Positions 50,228-63,271 of a stretch of DNA of 64,000 bases are shown here, one piece after another. The notes beneath the pieces were generated by a model that had not been told where the DNA came from, searched no databases, and saw only the letters and a list, made by a program, of their open reading frames with translations. The stretch covers positions 868,001 to 932,000 of the forward strand of contig JBLDXI010000007.1 of NCBI GenBank assembly GCA_047495785.1. The letters are read 5' to 3'. This stretch comes from Lepidodermella squamata. Lineage: Eukaryota; Animalia; Gastrotricha. A program made the translations under genes and the position numbers. The stretch's first letter is position 1; each line of letters begins with the position of its first letter.

Positions 50228-53200
50228 TCAATTTGATGGCTTCAACAATTCGAGAATAATAGAGTCGTTTTTGGCATGCTCAAACGCATTCAATCCATTC
50301 GAGTCTTTGATCTTAGGATCCGCTTTGAACTTCATGTAAACCTTGATCGATTCAATTTCCTTCGATTTTACAGCAGCTATAAGTCCAGTAACTGTCGAGC
50401 CGTCCGTATCAACATAACGGATGTTCGGGTCAACCTTGGCGTCAAAAATAGCCTTTAAAAAATTCGGACTCGCAATTGACAGAACAGTTTCGCCTTTTCT
50501 GTTGGCTATTTTTGCATCGGCGCCATTGGATAGGAGGACTTTGAACGAGTCCATTCCACGGTTTCTGATGCAAGCTGCTAAATCAGGGCCATGAGGCAAT
50601 AGAGCTTTGAATGAATCGTAATCGCGTTTAACAGCCTGCATCAGCAACGTATTACCCTCTTCATCAGTTTCATTGATATTCGCCCCAGCTGCGACCAGGA
50701 CTGTAATTGCTGACTTCCGGAACTCCAAACGCTGGTTGAACAGGGCGAATTTCAACAGAGAAATTCCAGCTGGGGTTTTCGCGTTCGGATCACCGCCACG
50801 AGATACGTAAACTTGGACAATATCAGCCAAGCCATATTCCAACGCGAAAAGGACGTAGCTGAAATCGAAAGGAGCTCCGTGTTTGATCAAGCTCTCGATA
50901 ATTAATTTGTTGTTACGAGCAAGCGCGTGACCCATAGGGCCGCAATCTCGCATGTAAGGATCGCCGAAATCACCCTTATTTTTCAACCTTCTTTCAACAT
51001 CGCTACCTCTTAGTAGATATGGGTCCGTCTTGAAGACGGACTCAATGTCATCAGGGGATTTCTTGCAAATGGCTTTGCACAGCTTCAGTCTCTGCAGAAG
51101 ATCGGATACAATTGATAAAGCTTCAATTTTGAAAAATCTGATGCGCTTACCATAACATTGATTTTAGCCAAAGAGGGGAAGACGATTCGAATAGACAGAC
51201 TGTCGAAGGTGCCGTCGGAAGCTATGTAGCGAATTCCACGTGGATAATCATCGACTGTTTTCAGAACATTGCCTTCGACACGGACTATCGGGCCGACCAG
51301 CGGCATCTAGGAATAGAGCATTTAAATGACCGTTAGCTACTAAAAAAACGGGGTTTGGCATATTTTCTATCGCAATTTTCAATAAAAAACTGGCAATTTT
51401 ATCATTTAATTTCTTGTAATAAGATTAGTTGACATTTAAAAAAGTTTTTCCGTTCTGCTTCCTCTGGAGGGCTTATGGGTCTGGCTCTCTGTGTCACCTA
51501 TGTAGTATAGCTTTCAGTAACAAGCGTAACACTGAGATTGCTCAGCTGACCAATTGCATCCTCAGCAACGAAAGCCTGCCTCAATTCATCGGACTTAACG
51601 CGGCAAATCATACAAGGTCTCGATCCACTAGACGTCGCGTCGTTGAAGACTAAGCTGGACATTTTCCTGAATCCATTGCTGTTTCAATTCCCCTGGAATC
51701 GACATTGACGATATACGGCTGGGTGCTTTCGAAAGTAAGACAACCGACGATGATGATTACTATTATTCTTAGAATTCTTAAATTGATTTAACTTTGGAAT
51801 TCATGCCGTAGTAATAGAATTCTAATTCTGTGCTTCAGTTCGCAAGATGAAATGTATTTACTACGAATCAATCATTTTGAGCGAACTCTTTCAAAATCAT
51901 GTCTGCGGCACCAGGAGGAGAGGCTCGGGGTGCGCTGCCATTCGAAAGGTGTACCCTGATTTCTACAGTTTTGCTTCAAGAGCAACTACCGGCGTGTCAA
52001 GGACTCGATACCGAGGCTCTGCCGGAAATACAAGTGCTCAAAAACGCGCCTGCTTCCGCTGAACCGCTGATCGTTGATGTGTCGATGATGGGCGGGTCCG
52101 ACGATGGCCGGCGAAAGCGGTGACGAGACGAAAACAGCAACGAAGAAGTTGAAAGAATAAGAAAACGACTTGCCTATACTCTCCACTGACTCGTTGAACT
52201 CAAGTCTGATCTCTGAACTAAAATCTATGATGTTCCTATGATATTACAGCTATTTCTTTTGACTCTTCGACTCGGTGGAAGATCAGTAAGCCCAAGTTTC
52301 AGCAACACAGGCACTGCGTTATAGAGTGCATAATGCGAAGGCATACCCGCCTCGAGCAGTGCAGATAAAAGACGACCCGTCGATCGAGCCGCTTATTTTA
52401 TTAGCACCATTAAGAGTGACAAGGCGCGCAATCGCGGAATGAAACTGAAAAATCGTCGTCGAAAAAGCGCAAAGCATCAGGGTTAGATTTGGCGTTAGCT
52501 TAGAACTCGGAACAAAATAAAATATTCGAATCTTACCTCAACTGAATGAATCGACTGGAGATTGGAGTCAAGAAAATGGATCGTGCGATCAGGAAATTCG
52601 GCCCTATCAACAAAAATTTCGAAGGGAATTCGCAATATGTCAAAAGTCTGGTGTAAGAAACAACAATTTAATTGTCATGCGATCGAAACGTTTAAAATCG
52701 TCATCTCACCTCTGTGCACTTTACAGGTAATTTCACTAACCAGCATTTCTTGGGGTAAGTTTCGAAAATAGTGACAATCTGGTCGAAATCGACATTGGGA
52801 TCCAATACTTCAGGCATCGAAGTTCGAATTGCATCGCAAAATTCGTCAAGCTCGACATTTACAGAACGTGAACCATTGCTATCGTGAGCAACCATCGTTT
52901 CATAAAGAGAAGAATCTGGTCGAATGACCTGCACTGCTTTCGACGAAGCGTCATACGGCTCCCAAATTATGAGGCGAATTTTAAGACAATTGTCCAAAAA
53001 ACTAGTGCGGAACAATGCATGCGTCTTCAGATAACTTTTCAAGTTAGAAATCGCATTTTTGGCCGAGCCAATGAAAGACCAAGCTCGCTCCTTCGGAAAT
53101 TCGCGGAGTATCAATCCCTCCCAGAAACAGTCACTTTCCAGAAAAGCATTCCATCTGAAATCCCACATTGAAATATTCGCGATATTTAATTAGGAAACTT

Positions 53201-53394
53201 CGATTCACGTACTTTTTGCAAACAAGAGAGCAGCGGAGGAATAAATCGCGATTTCTCAGTTTGAGGAATATCGCCCTTCTCACCTCGGGTGGGAGATTGA
53301 ACATTAAATCGAACGGGTTCGGTTCAAGGAACTGAATTCTCGAAGGGGGTTCAGTCGAAACAGCATCTGCATTTTTACGTTTCCGCGGCGGCAT
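50228..53394 (-). CDS. F-box/FBA-like/ankyrin gene copy #19 (chimeric ankyrin exon; intron 3 expanded to ~1.2 kb)
   Basis: MPPRKRK..LPPEVRRAIFLKLRNRDLFLRCSLVCK; DDYPRGIRYIAS; ankyrin exon 50228-51091. Confidence 0.88.
51339..52492. mobile_element. ~1.15-kb insertion flanked by the 8-bp direct repeat CGTTAGCT
   Basis: cgttagct at 51331-51338 and 52493-52500; excision would leave a ~68-bp intron, close to the usual size here. No clear TIR seen. Confidence 0.5.
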
Positions 53395-53650
53395 TTCCAA
53401 TAATTTGAAAAAATCTACCTTAAAATACAAAAATTGTCGAGAAATTTATTAAAATTCAATCACGTGGCGTGACTAAAAAGATCAGTGGAAAACTGAAATC
53501 ACAGAGAAAAACCACTAAAAATTACCGAAGATCACCGAAAAAGTGAAACAACGAAAGAAATGTCTTATTTAGAGCAATTGAGAAGTCAATAAAATCCAAA
53601 CAAAATCGGACGATTCAAGATTATATAGATTTTTTTTGTTTTTTAGCGTA

Positions 53651-56600
53651 TCAATGATTTCCTTTCAGCAATTCAGCAATAGTGCCTGATTTATCGCTGA
53701 TCGCATGATCGAAAGCGTTCAAACCATTCGAATCCTTAATCTCAGGATTTGCCTTGTACTCCATCAGCAATTTCACCGCATCCTTATTCTGCCGTTTCAC
53801 AGCTGAAATTAGAGCAGTAACAACTGATCCGTCTCGGTCCGTGTATGTACTGTTAGGGTCGATGCCAGCTTTGAGCAAAACAGCCATACGACTCGGGGTA
53901 GCACGTGACAGCACCGTTTCACCGTATTTATTAGCCAATTTCATATCTGCACCGAGTTCCAGGAGAAATCTGAACGGTTTGATATTTTCATTCAAAGCTT
54001 TCATCAACAGCGTATCACCGCAGTCATCCACCTCATTTATGTTGGCCCCGCCCGCGACCAGGGCTGTAATAGCCGATTTTCGAAACGGCATATCCATAGG
54101 CTGGTGGAAAAGAGCGTAGCGCAACAACGACAATTCGCCCCGTTTGAAATTTGGGTCAAAACCGCGGGATAGAAACAGCTTAACGCCCTCGGCCAGTCCG
54201 AATCTGATGGCATAAAACAGGTACTTTTCATCGAAAGGAGCTCCGTGGTCGGCGATTGTTTGCAAGATCGCCTTATTGTTCTGCCGATATGCGTGTACAA
54301 TAGGTCCGCTTTTGCGCATGTAAGGAGCGCCGATAATATCATCAGCGGTATCACCGAACGGAGTTCTCTCCAACTCGACACCTCGCACCAAATCGGGGTC
54401 CTTTCGAAAAATTGAGGCGATTTCCGAATGCGATCGGCTTATAATAGCCATGCAGAGATCCATTCGCTAAAAAAATGAAATCAATATGGGGTCACTAGCA
54501 TGCGACAATGCGGTAAAAAAATTAGAAAAAAATGAAAAAAATGGAAATATTTGAAGAAATTTAATTTTGAACGGCCAAAAACCAAAAATCTGCTGCATTT
54601 ATGTTAGAGCCAAAATTAATCGAATCGAAGCATACTACACTGTAAAAAAGTTCGATATTTAGCACTAAAACAATTTGAGAAAAAAGGACTTCGCGAAATT
54701 TTTTATTTTATGGAGAAATTTAGAATTTCCAAGCATCAATAATTTGTAATTTGTATTTTGCTATCTTCTGCTTTTTTCTAATCACTGAAATTAACCCAAT
54801 TTTTGACCAAAAATTAGAACTCGTAAATTGTTCCGAAAGGATCCGCGAATCAACCCCCCGGTTATGGTTTCGACCATCCGTGGCATTGAGGAAAATAAGA
54901 TCGTCGAAGATGAAAATGATTTCGCACTCGAAATTACGCCGAAGAAACAGTTAACAATTAAGGAAGAGATTCAGGAATATGAAGAGCCGCTGTCAAGGAA
55001 ATCGGGCGGGGCATCAAATTGCGGCCAAAATCGCGGATCCGTTTCGAACTGACCCTGAACCTGAGCGCGAAGATAAGTCAGTGATTTTCAAATTTTGAAA
55101 ATATATTCGAACCAGTTTTGTTCTTGCTAGTGTGGTTACTGACCCAGATAATGTCCTCATGTTGGCCCTGAGCAAATCATCCGACATCAAGTAGAAGAAT
55201 GTAGCGGAAGTTATAACTCGATGAAAGTTCTAATAGCTAGTAATGTAGTCCTTACTAAAACTCCTTTAGGTTTGGCGGACATTTTGTTACTGGTAGAGCA
55301 AGAGTTGGGAAGACCTTTCAAAGTTGAAATCGGCTTACCAATTACCAAACAAATTTTCGATTGATTGTAAAAGGCGGAGTTCAACTGGTGTCAATGCTGA
55401 AACCTTTGGCGTCGCAAACATGAAAAATGTGAAATATCCGAACGGAATTCTATCAGATCAATAACCTGAGCTTCCTGAGAACGATTTATGTGACTTGCTA
55501 TCCTATACAGTGTCCAAATATGCTCTCAACATTGGTAAGCTATCCTGTGTCGTCAACAAATACGGCATCGACATTCTCGAGAAGCATGAGTGCGTTCCGA
55601 CGAAAATCTTCACCGCTAATCAATGCAAAGATCAAGGTACAAAGCGGTAATGGAAGGTTTCTACTCGTCAAAGCGGCACTGGCGAATTCTCTGCGAATTC
55701 TCTGCTCCCGATTGCCTTTTATCCTGAACTCTGATCTCTTAGCAAATTCTACCGAATTATTTTCCAGCCGTCCATGCATTTGAAAAATTCAGCCAGCGTG
55801 AAGTTTTTTTTGCTGTTGGAGGTAATATTCAAGTCTTCGCTACAAAGACAACTTTTGCGCCGTTACTCTACATGCATTTGCGCTCCCAACATACCGACGC
55901 AAAAGAGTTCATTGTTATTAACGTTTCGCCTGACACTTCTGATCTGGCCTGCTGTTTTATGGAAATTTGTGCCAGCGTATACAACATTCGTGATATTTGC
56001 GTCGTCGGCGACTCTAACCTCTTTCAACTAATTATTGGGTCGAGCCGTGAAATTGTTCCAGGTCTACATGCCAAGGTGTTAATGCCTGTTTTAGTAGACG
56101 GAAAGTACAACATCAGTGATTGGCAGAAGTCGAATAAAGTCGCTGTTGATTATTATAAACATTTGATGAATACGCCGTCGGCTAATAACTTGCGCATCTG
56201 TGCCTTCTTGCTTGCAATCTTCCAGCGTAAGGAGTGTAACATTGAACATGTGCGAAATCTAGCCTTGAAAAGTTGGAGGAAACTGATATTAGTGCAAACA
56301 TTAACGCCCGTCAACTGATCGCAACTGATGGCTCTTCAAAGAAAAACAAGAGGCGAAGTCGATCGGCTGCGAAATCAAAGGCCGCCGCAGATGTGAGCTC
56401 GGAAACAACACCTGACAATAGTGACAGTGACTTCAAGCCCAGTCCTACGAAGAAACCTGACAAAAGGTCACTACAAAGCCGCTACAGTCTACGAAACAGA
56501 TCCGAACCATCCACTGTCCAATCAAAACAACCCGTGGGCAGACAGTTCCAAACAACAGTAAATCGTGACAGTAAATATTGGTTCCTTCGTTTACGACAAA

Positions 56601-58387
56601 GTCTACTAGCAGTCTATTGGCGACCAGTCCAAACCTCACGGCTACAAAAGCGGCTAATTCTGGAAATAAGGGTTGGTTGCAATTTATTGCTAAATAATAA
56701 TAAGGACTGGAATATTTATAGATTTGGTGGAGATTACACTTCGACTCTCGCAAATCAGCTCCAATGATTCTGAGACGCAGCGCTCTGTTGTTCAAATCAA
56801 TTCGCAAGATCCGACAGCAGCCGCGATTCCACTGGGCTTCACTGGTACAGAACCACAGGCGAATGAAATAAACAGCACAGGTTAGGTTCATGCAACTGGT
56901 TGGAAATGAAAAATTCCCGTGGACCTTCCAGACACCAACTAGACATTGCTTTCTGTTTATAGAATTGGACCCTCCATCGCAAAACGTGGAACTTGCCTCC
57001 AATGCTCGACTGGAACTGGACATTGCATCTACTCAGCAAGTGACAGTAGTCAACATGACAGGTAATAACATTACGGCTTAAGTCAATAGAACCGATATTT
57101 TATTCTCAAGCATCACTAAACTGAAACCCGGATTACATTGATGAAATGCATGGACAAATGCATTTGTTGAAGCTATGGAAGGAAGAGCCGCTGTCATCTC
57201 GCCTATCGTGTTCCGATCAGATTCAGAAAAGTTCGCAGAAAAGCAATTTCTAGGCTAAATAGGAGGCTCCCAACGTACTAAATACCCGAGTACATCGGAA
57301 GATAATTAGCGTCTAAATAGCAAACCTTTTTTTTAACAGTGTAGGGACATTCAAAAAATGTCGGAAAAAATTACCAGTTGATTGATTTTCGCAAGGCTCG
57401 GAAAGACGAATCGCAAATAAAGGGTGTAATTTCCACAATTGGAAGCGATGAAACGAACACCGGGAGGATAGTCGGTAACGTGAAACAAAACTTCGCCATC
57501 ATTTCGCACCGAGGGCCCAGAAATAGGCAACTGAAATATATACGTAAAATCGGCAATGAAAACTTGAAAATTTCAAAATGTCAACTGACTTTTATCGAAT
57601 GAATTGGCTTAAGATTACCGTCAAGTAAATGAATAACCCGGTCATATTTCTCAGGTTTGCTGACGTAGATTTCCAAAGGTGGTCTCAGCAGATCGAAAAC
57701 CTAAAATCAAATCGAAAAATAGGATGCAATTCAAAATATTGCATAGTAGAACCTCTCGACACTTGACGGGCAGTTTTGCTATCCATCTGTCCTTAACATT
57801 GTGCTCCTTTTGACTGGCGACAAAACTGTCAACATCTTTATTTGGCGACACAAAATCAGGAGCAACAATCGGCAAAGCTGCGAGAAATTGCCTGAAGTCG
57901 CTGGTTAACGAACACTCGTTCATCAGACCGCAATCGGGGGTCCACGGTTGCGGGGGCAATTTCGGCAGTGAAATCGTCACAGCAGCGTGCTTTCTATTCA
58001 TGAAATAGGTTCGAAAAATCGAGTGGGTTTTCAGCGCATTTCTCAACGCCTCCAAAGTGCCCATTCTGTGGACAAAAGAACAGGCTCTATCCGCCGGGAA
58101 TTCGCGGTGAATTAGCACATCCCAAAAATAATAGCTGTATAGAAAGGAGTTCCACCTAAAAATAATTCAAAATAAATCAGCTCGAAAAAAATACAATTTG
58201 CTAACTTTTTGCAGACGAGCGAGCAGCGTGAAAAAATGTCCCTGTTTCGCAGGTAGAGGAAAACCAACTTCCGTAAATCCGGTGGAAGCGCGAATAACAA
58301 ATCGAAGGGATTGCTTTCGACATCAGGAGATTTGAAAACAGGGGTTTTGACCACTTCATCGGTATTTTTCCGCTTTAGAACTGGCAT
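53651..58387 (-). CDS. F-box/FBA-like/ankyrin gene copy #20 (intron 4 expanded to ~2.9 kb)
   Basis: MPVLKRK..LPPDLRKLVFLYLRNRDIFSRCSLVCK; exon3 VFDLLRPPLEIYVS; exon4 TDYPPGVRFIAS..RFVFPSL; ankyrin exon 53651-54466. Confidence 0.88.
54638..57341. mobile_element. CACTG-terminated CMC/EnSpm-like DNA element, 2.7 kb, with decayed internal ORFs
   Basis: Left cactgtaaaaaagttcgatatttag; reverse complement of the right end is cactgttaaaaaaaaggtttgctatttag; TA on both flanks; fragmented plus-strand ORFs at 54828-57081. Confidence 0.75.
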
Positions 58388-58502
58388 TTAACAGAGTTTT
58401 GAAAAATTCTAGGCAGTTAAAAATTGGAAAAAATTGCAGCAAACTCTCACGTCAAATCATAACAAAAAATCAAGTAGAAAATTCAGAAATTTGAAAGTCT
58501 AG

Positions 58503-60433
58503 CTAATTTGCATCCAACAACTTTGAGATAGTATAGTTTGCCTTTGCGTAATCGGAAGCGGTGAACGACTCCGAACTCCAAAACCGCTTATCAGCTTTAA
58601 ATTTCAATAAAATTTCAACGCTTTCCGCATCTTGCCGTTTTGCGGCCAAGATTAAAGAGTTTGTGAAAACTCCGTCACGATCAAAGAAAAAAGTGTCAGG
58701 ATGAACACCGGCTTTTAATAGGGGTTCCAGGCAAGCTGAAGTGGCATAGGTGAGGACAGTTTCTCCCCTTTTGTTCGCAATCTTGAAATCAGCCCCCATA
58801 TCCAACAGATCTTTCAGCGGCCCGGTAATATCCTCAGAGAATTTTTCTTCTCTAAAAAATGAAAGATTTCTGAATTGCCTTTCAATCCTTTTAGTCGTCA
58901 GCATCAGGAGCGAATTCCCGTCTTCGTCAAGCTCATTAACGTTAGCTCCAGCCGCAATCAAAGCCGGAATAGCACACTTTCGATTGTACTCATAAATAGG
59001 CTGGTGATCAAGGGCAAATCGCAGTAATGAAACGCCTCCTGAGGTTTTCGAATTAGGGTCACCGCCGCGACTGACAAACACCTTCACGACATCGCCAAGA
59101 CCATGATGGAGAGCGAATTCAACGTAACTGTTATCGAAAAGAGCTCCATGATCGATCAAAGCTTTGATGATCGATTCGTTGTTGGTGCGAAGGGCGTGAG
59201 CCATAGGGCCGTTTTTCCAAAAGTACGAGTCCACCGATTTTTTCACGAAATCATAAGAATCAGCAATTTTTTCGGCATCTGAACCAGCCAGAAGATTGAC
59301 ATTGTTATCAAAAATGTCGTTTACAACATCAGAGGATTCGAAACAAATCGCTTTGATAAGCTGTTGCCTCTATAATAAATTCAGATAATTAAGTTAAATA
59401 CAAAATTCAAATTTCAAAACTCACGGCGGTGTTGATTTTCTCAAGCCCAGGCATTACGAACCGAACAGAGAGCTGAAAGAAATCGCTGCTTGAAGATAAG
59501 TAACGGACACCAGGAGGGTAGTCGGAAAACGATGTGAGAATACCAACGTTTTTGCGAGAGGTGAGTCTGCACTGAGGTAGATATGAAAGTCGAAAAATTT
59601 GATTGATGTAAAATTATAAACAAAAAATCTACCTCAATTACAGATAAAACTTCCAAATCGGAATTTAGCAGGTAAATTTGGCCTGGTCTTCGGGTCGCGC
59701 TGACAAAAACTTGAATCGGCAAGGACAGTAAATCAAAGGCCTAATGACAAAGATTTAAAGAAATACGAACAAATATCAAATTGTTTCCTACATTTGAGCA
59801 TTGCGAAGGAAGCTTCATAATCCATGCAGGAAGATCTTTTCGCTCATGACTGACGACAACAGCGTTCGAATCCCAATCAGCAGTGAGAAATTCGGGTAAA
59901 GCGATTGGAATTGCAGTGAGAAATTCTTCCATTGTGGTTTGCCAAGATCTTTTCTCAACGAGCTTTGGATCGATAACTTAAAGCGGCATTTGATTTCTTC
60001 CGTGGCAGCTGCGTGAGTCTGGAACGTAAATTGACACTGAATTTTTTATCAAATGTTCATCCATTAGAAAAGGCCGGAAAATGACATCTTTCTTCAGGCT
60101 TTGTTTCAGCTCACGCAGTGCATTTCCGGAGCTCTAGAACAGACGCCCTCTTCCATCGGGAAATTCGCGCGAAATCATGGCCTCCCAAAAATAATCACTG
60201 TCCAAAAAAGTATTCCAGCTGCAATAAAAAGTTCAATTTGTTTCCAAGTTATATAACTATTCAACGGTAACTTACGCCTTGCAAACAAGTGCACAACGAA
60301 GGAATAAAATTCGGTTTTTGAGGTGAATAAAAATCTGGAGCTTCAATTCAGGTGCTAGCAGAGCGAAATAATCGACCTCATCTTCTGTATTTTCATTTGC
60401 GTGAAAACGTCGTATTTTCTTAAAAGAATACAT
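58503..60433 (-). CDS. F-box/FBA-like/ankyrin gene copy #21
   Basis: MYSFKKIRR..FALLAPELKLQIFIHLKNRILFLRCALVCKA; exon4 TSFSDYPPGVRYL..RFVMPGL; ankyrin exon 58503-59369. Confidence 0.86.
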
Positions 60434-60546
60434 CACTAAAATATTTGAAAACAAATACCCATAAAAAAGTTTCTTTAAAAATGTAACAGCCGAAACAGGG
60501 CTAAATTACAACAGACAACAAAATTACTGGCAATAAAACTTGAAAA

Positions 60547-62889
60547 TCATATTTTTAGAAGTTCAGGGGTCTTTTTCAATAAATTAGCGATTTCGCCAAA
60601 CGGGTCGTCCAGCTCAGCGTAATTGAGAGCCATGCATCCGTCTGAATCTTTCAGATTCTTATTGGCACCGTGATTCAACAAAATTTCAACGGTTTTCAAA
60701 TCCTTTCTTTTGACAGCCGAAATAAAGGCGGTGGTCATCGATCCGTCCTGACGTAAGTAGCGCATATTCGGATCCAGACCAGCTTTGAAAAGCTTCTCCA
60801 GCCGATTACCACGACCACGCGTGTAAGTAATCACACTTCTGCCCTTCTTATCGATGCGGGAAAAATCAGCACCGTGGTCGATCAATGCGCGCAAAGGGCC
60901 TTTGGCTTCATGAGTTATAGCTCGCATCAACAGGGTTTTGCCATCGTTGTCACATTCATTAACATCAGCCCCATGCGCGACGAGGACTGAAATGGCTGAT
61001 TTGTGATAGGTTTCGTCTTTCGGTTGACAGAATAACGCGGTGTAAAGATAGGACTGGCCTTCAGGCGTTCGACCATTCGGATCGACACCGCGATCCATGA
61101 ACATTTTCACGACATAGCAGAAGTTGTACTTCAATGCGAAGATCAAGTAACTCAAATCAAACGGAGCACCATTTTTAAGGAGGATTTCGATTATCGGTAT
61201 TTTGTTATGCCGAACGGCGTGATTCATGGGGCCTTCTTCACGACAATAACATTTCGGATCGATGAAATAGTTGTCGCCAAACACTTCGACTTGAGATCCT
61301 CGCAGCAGATCTGGCTCGCGCTCAAAAATCGCGTTCATTCCCTGGGTGTTTTTACTGCAAACATTTGTGATCAGATCCTTTCTCTGAAAAATTGCATAGC
61401 GAAATATTAACAAAGGTATGTGCGACGTTATTCTCGAGACTCTTATATTCCCGATAATAAAGACTATTTTAAAGCTTTTACAGAAGACCCCGCAGAAGCT
61501 GCTGAGAATCATAGAATTAAATCACCTCTCTAGCACATTCCAAAGAATCACCAGCCTCCTGTACAAAACAGCTAGAGATTTTGCTTTCGAATTTTATTTG
61601 ATCATCGATTTTCGGAAGCAGAAGCAACAAAAACTCCCCTAAATCGACCCTTTTAATCTCCTGATACAGGTGGATTCCCTACAAAAATTACCTTAAAATT
61701 AAGCTAACGTGGAAGCTCATTAGGCAAGGTGGAATGAAATAGTTCAGTAGCCAGCAACCAAAAGGGCGTCATGAAAACAGTCAACTGACAAATCAGCTTA
61801 AGAATTTTCTGAATCATTTTTTAAATTTTACGAAAAAAGGTTTCAGTTACCAATTTGTTGATTTTGAACAAGCTAGGGAAGACAGCACGGATTTCGCGAC
61901 ACAAGATCGCGGAATTCGACGCCAAAAACCTGACACCAGCAGGGTAATCCTCGATAGCTACAAGCTCTGAGGCATCATCCTCTAAAGCAATTGGTAACTA
62001 TAAAAGTAGAAGATTTTTTTCGACAGCAAAATAAATTTAAAGCATCATACCTGAAAAGTGTGAATAATCTTAAGTTTGGAATCGAGGAAATAAACCGCTT
62101 GATCCGATTCACCACCGGACTGAAAAAACATTTGCATTGGCAGTCGCAAGATATCAAAGCTCTATACAGATGAGGTACAAATCAAAGCGAAAAGCAGCAT
62201 CCCAGTCAACAAACTTTTAAGCTGCCGATGGGTAGTTTCACAAGCCAGTAGTTTGAATCGGAATCCTCCTGAAAAGGGAAGACAATATCATCGTAGTCTA
62301 TATCGGGCTCCAAGATTTCGGGGATAGCGTCAGGTACAGCTCTCAGAAATTCGTTCAAGCCGACATCTGAGTCTCGCAAGAGTTGGTAATCGTTTATAGG
62401 GTCGATTAGCCTAGCTCGGCCAGTATCTCCAGCACGAATATCGGGAACGTAAATTAGCACAGAGCCTCTACCGAACGCCATGTCCAAAGACAGCGTCCGA
62501 AACATTCGCTTCGTTTTCAAATCATTCCGAAATCGAATTAAATTAGCACTGTCCCTCAAAAATGACTTGCACGCATCGGCATCAAATTCCATCTGCAACA
62601 GACCTTCCCAGAAGAAGTCTCTCTCAATGAAATTCCTCCACCTATAAAAATAATAACTTGCCAAAAGCTGCAATTTAATAAGACGTGTGACGATTTACTT
62701 TTTACAAACTAGAGAGCAGCGCAGAAAAATGTCCCGATTTCTTAGGCACAGAAAAATCTTCCTGGTGACCTCAGGCGGTAGAGAAAACAGAAAATCGGTC
62801 GGTTCTTCGACATGGGAGCGGCTTATCTTCGCCTGCGATGATTCTTGTTCGCTTTCAACATGATGATTATTACGTTTTTGAGGCGGCAT
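60547..62889 (-). CDS. F-box/FBA-like/ankyrin gene copy #22
   Basis: MPPQKR..LPPEVTRKIFLCLRNRDIFLRCSLVCK; EDYPAGVRFLAS; intron 4 ~465 bp; ankyrin exon 60547-61383. Confidence 0.88.
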
Positions 62890-63271
62890 AATTCAATGAT
62901 GCTCAAAATTCTAGGAGAAAGGCATTATTTGACGAAATTATAATTGAGCCAGATCACGAAGTATTCTTCATTGGAAAGCTCAGTGTTTTTCAACAAATTC
63001 ATCATCAAAAATCGAAATTTACTAAAAAAACCAGGTGAAACATCAGACAGGAAAATGGAAAGAAGAGGGAACATGATTCAATTTTGTAAAGGAATAAAAA
63101 TGAAGAAAATTATTTTTGGCGCCAAAAGAGCGAAGAGCTCGTTTCGATGCAAAAAAAATCTGTAATTTTATGATAAGAATACATCGCTACAAAATTTGGC
63201 AATGAATTACAGTGCAAACATTAACAAAACAATGGGTATGTGATGCGTTAAAAAAAAGAATAAAGATCTAT

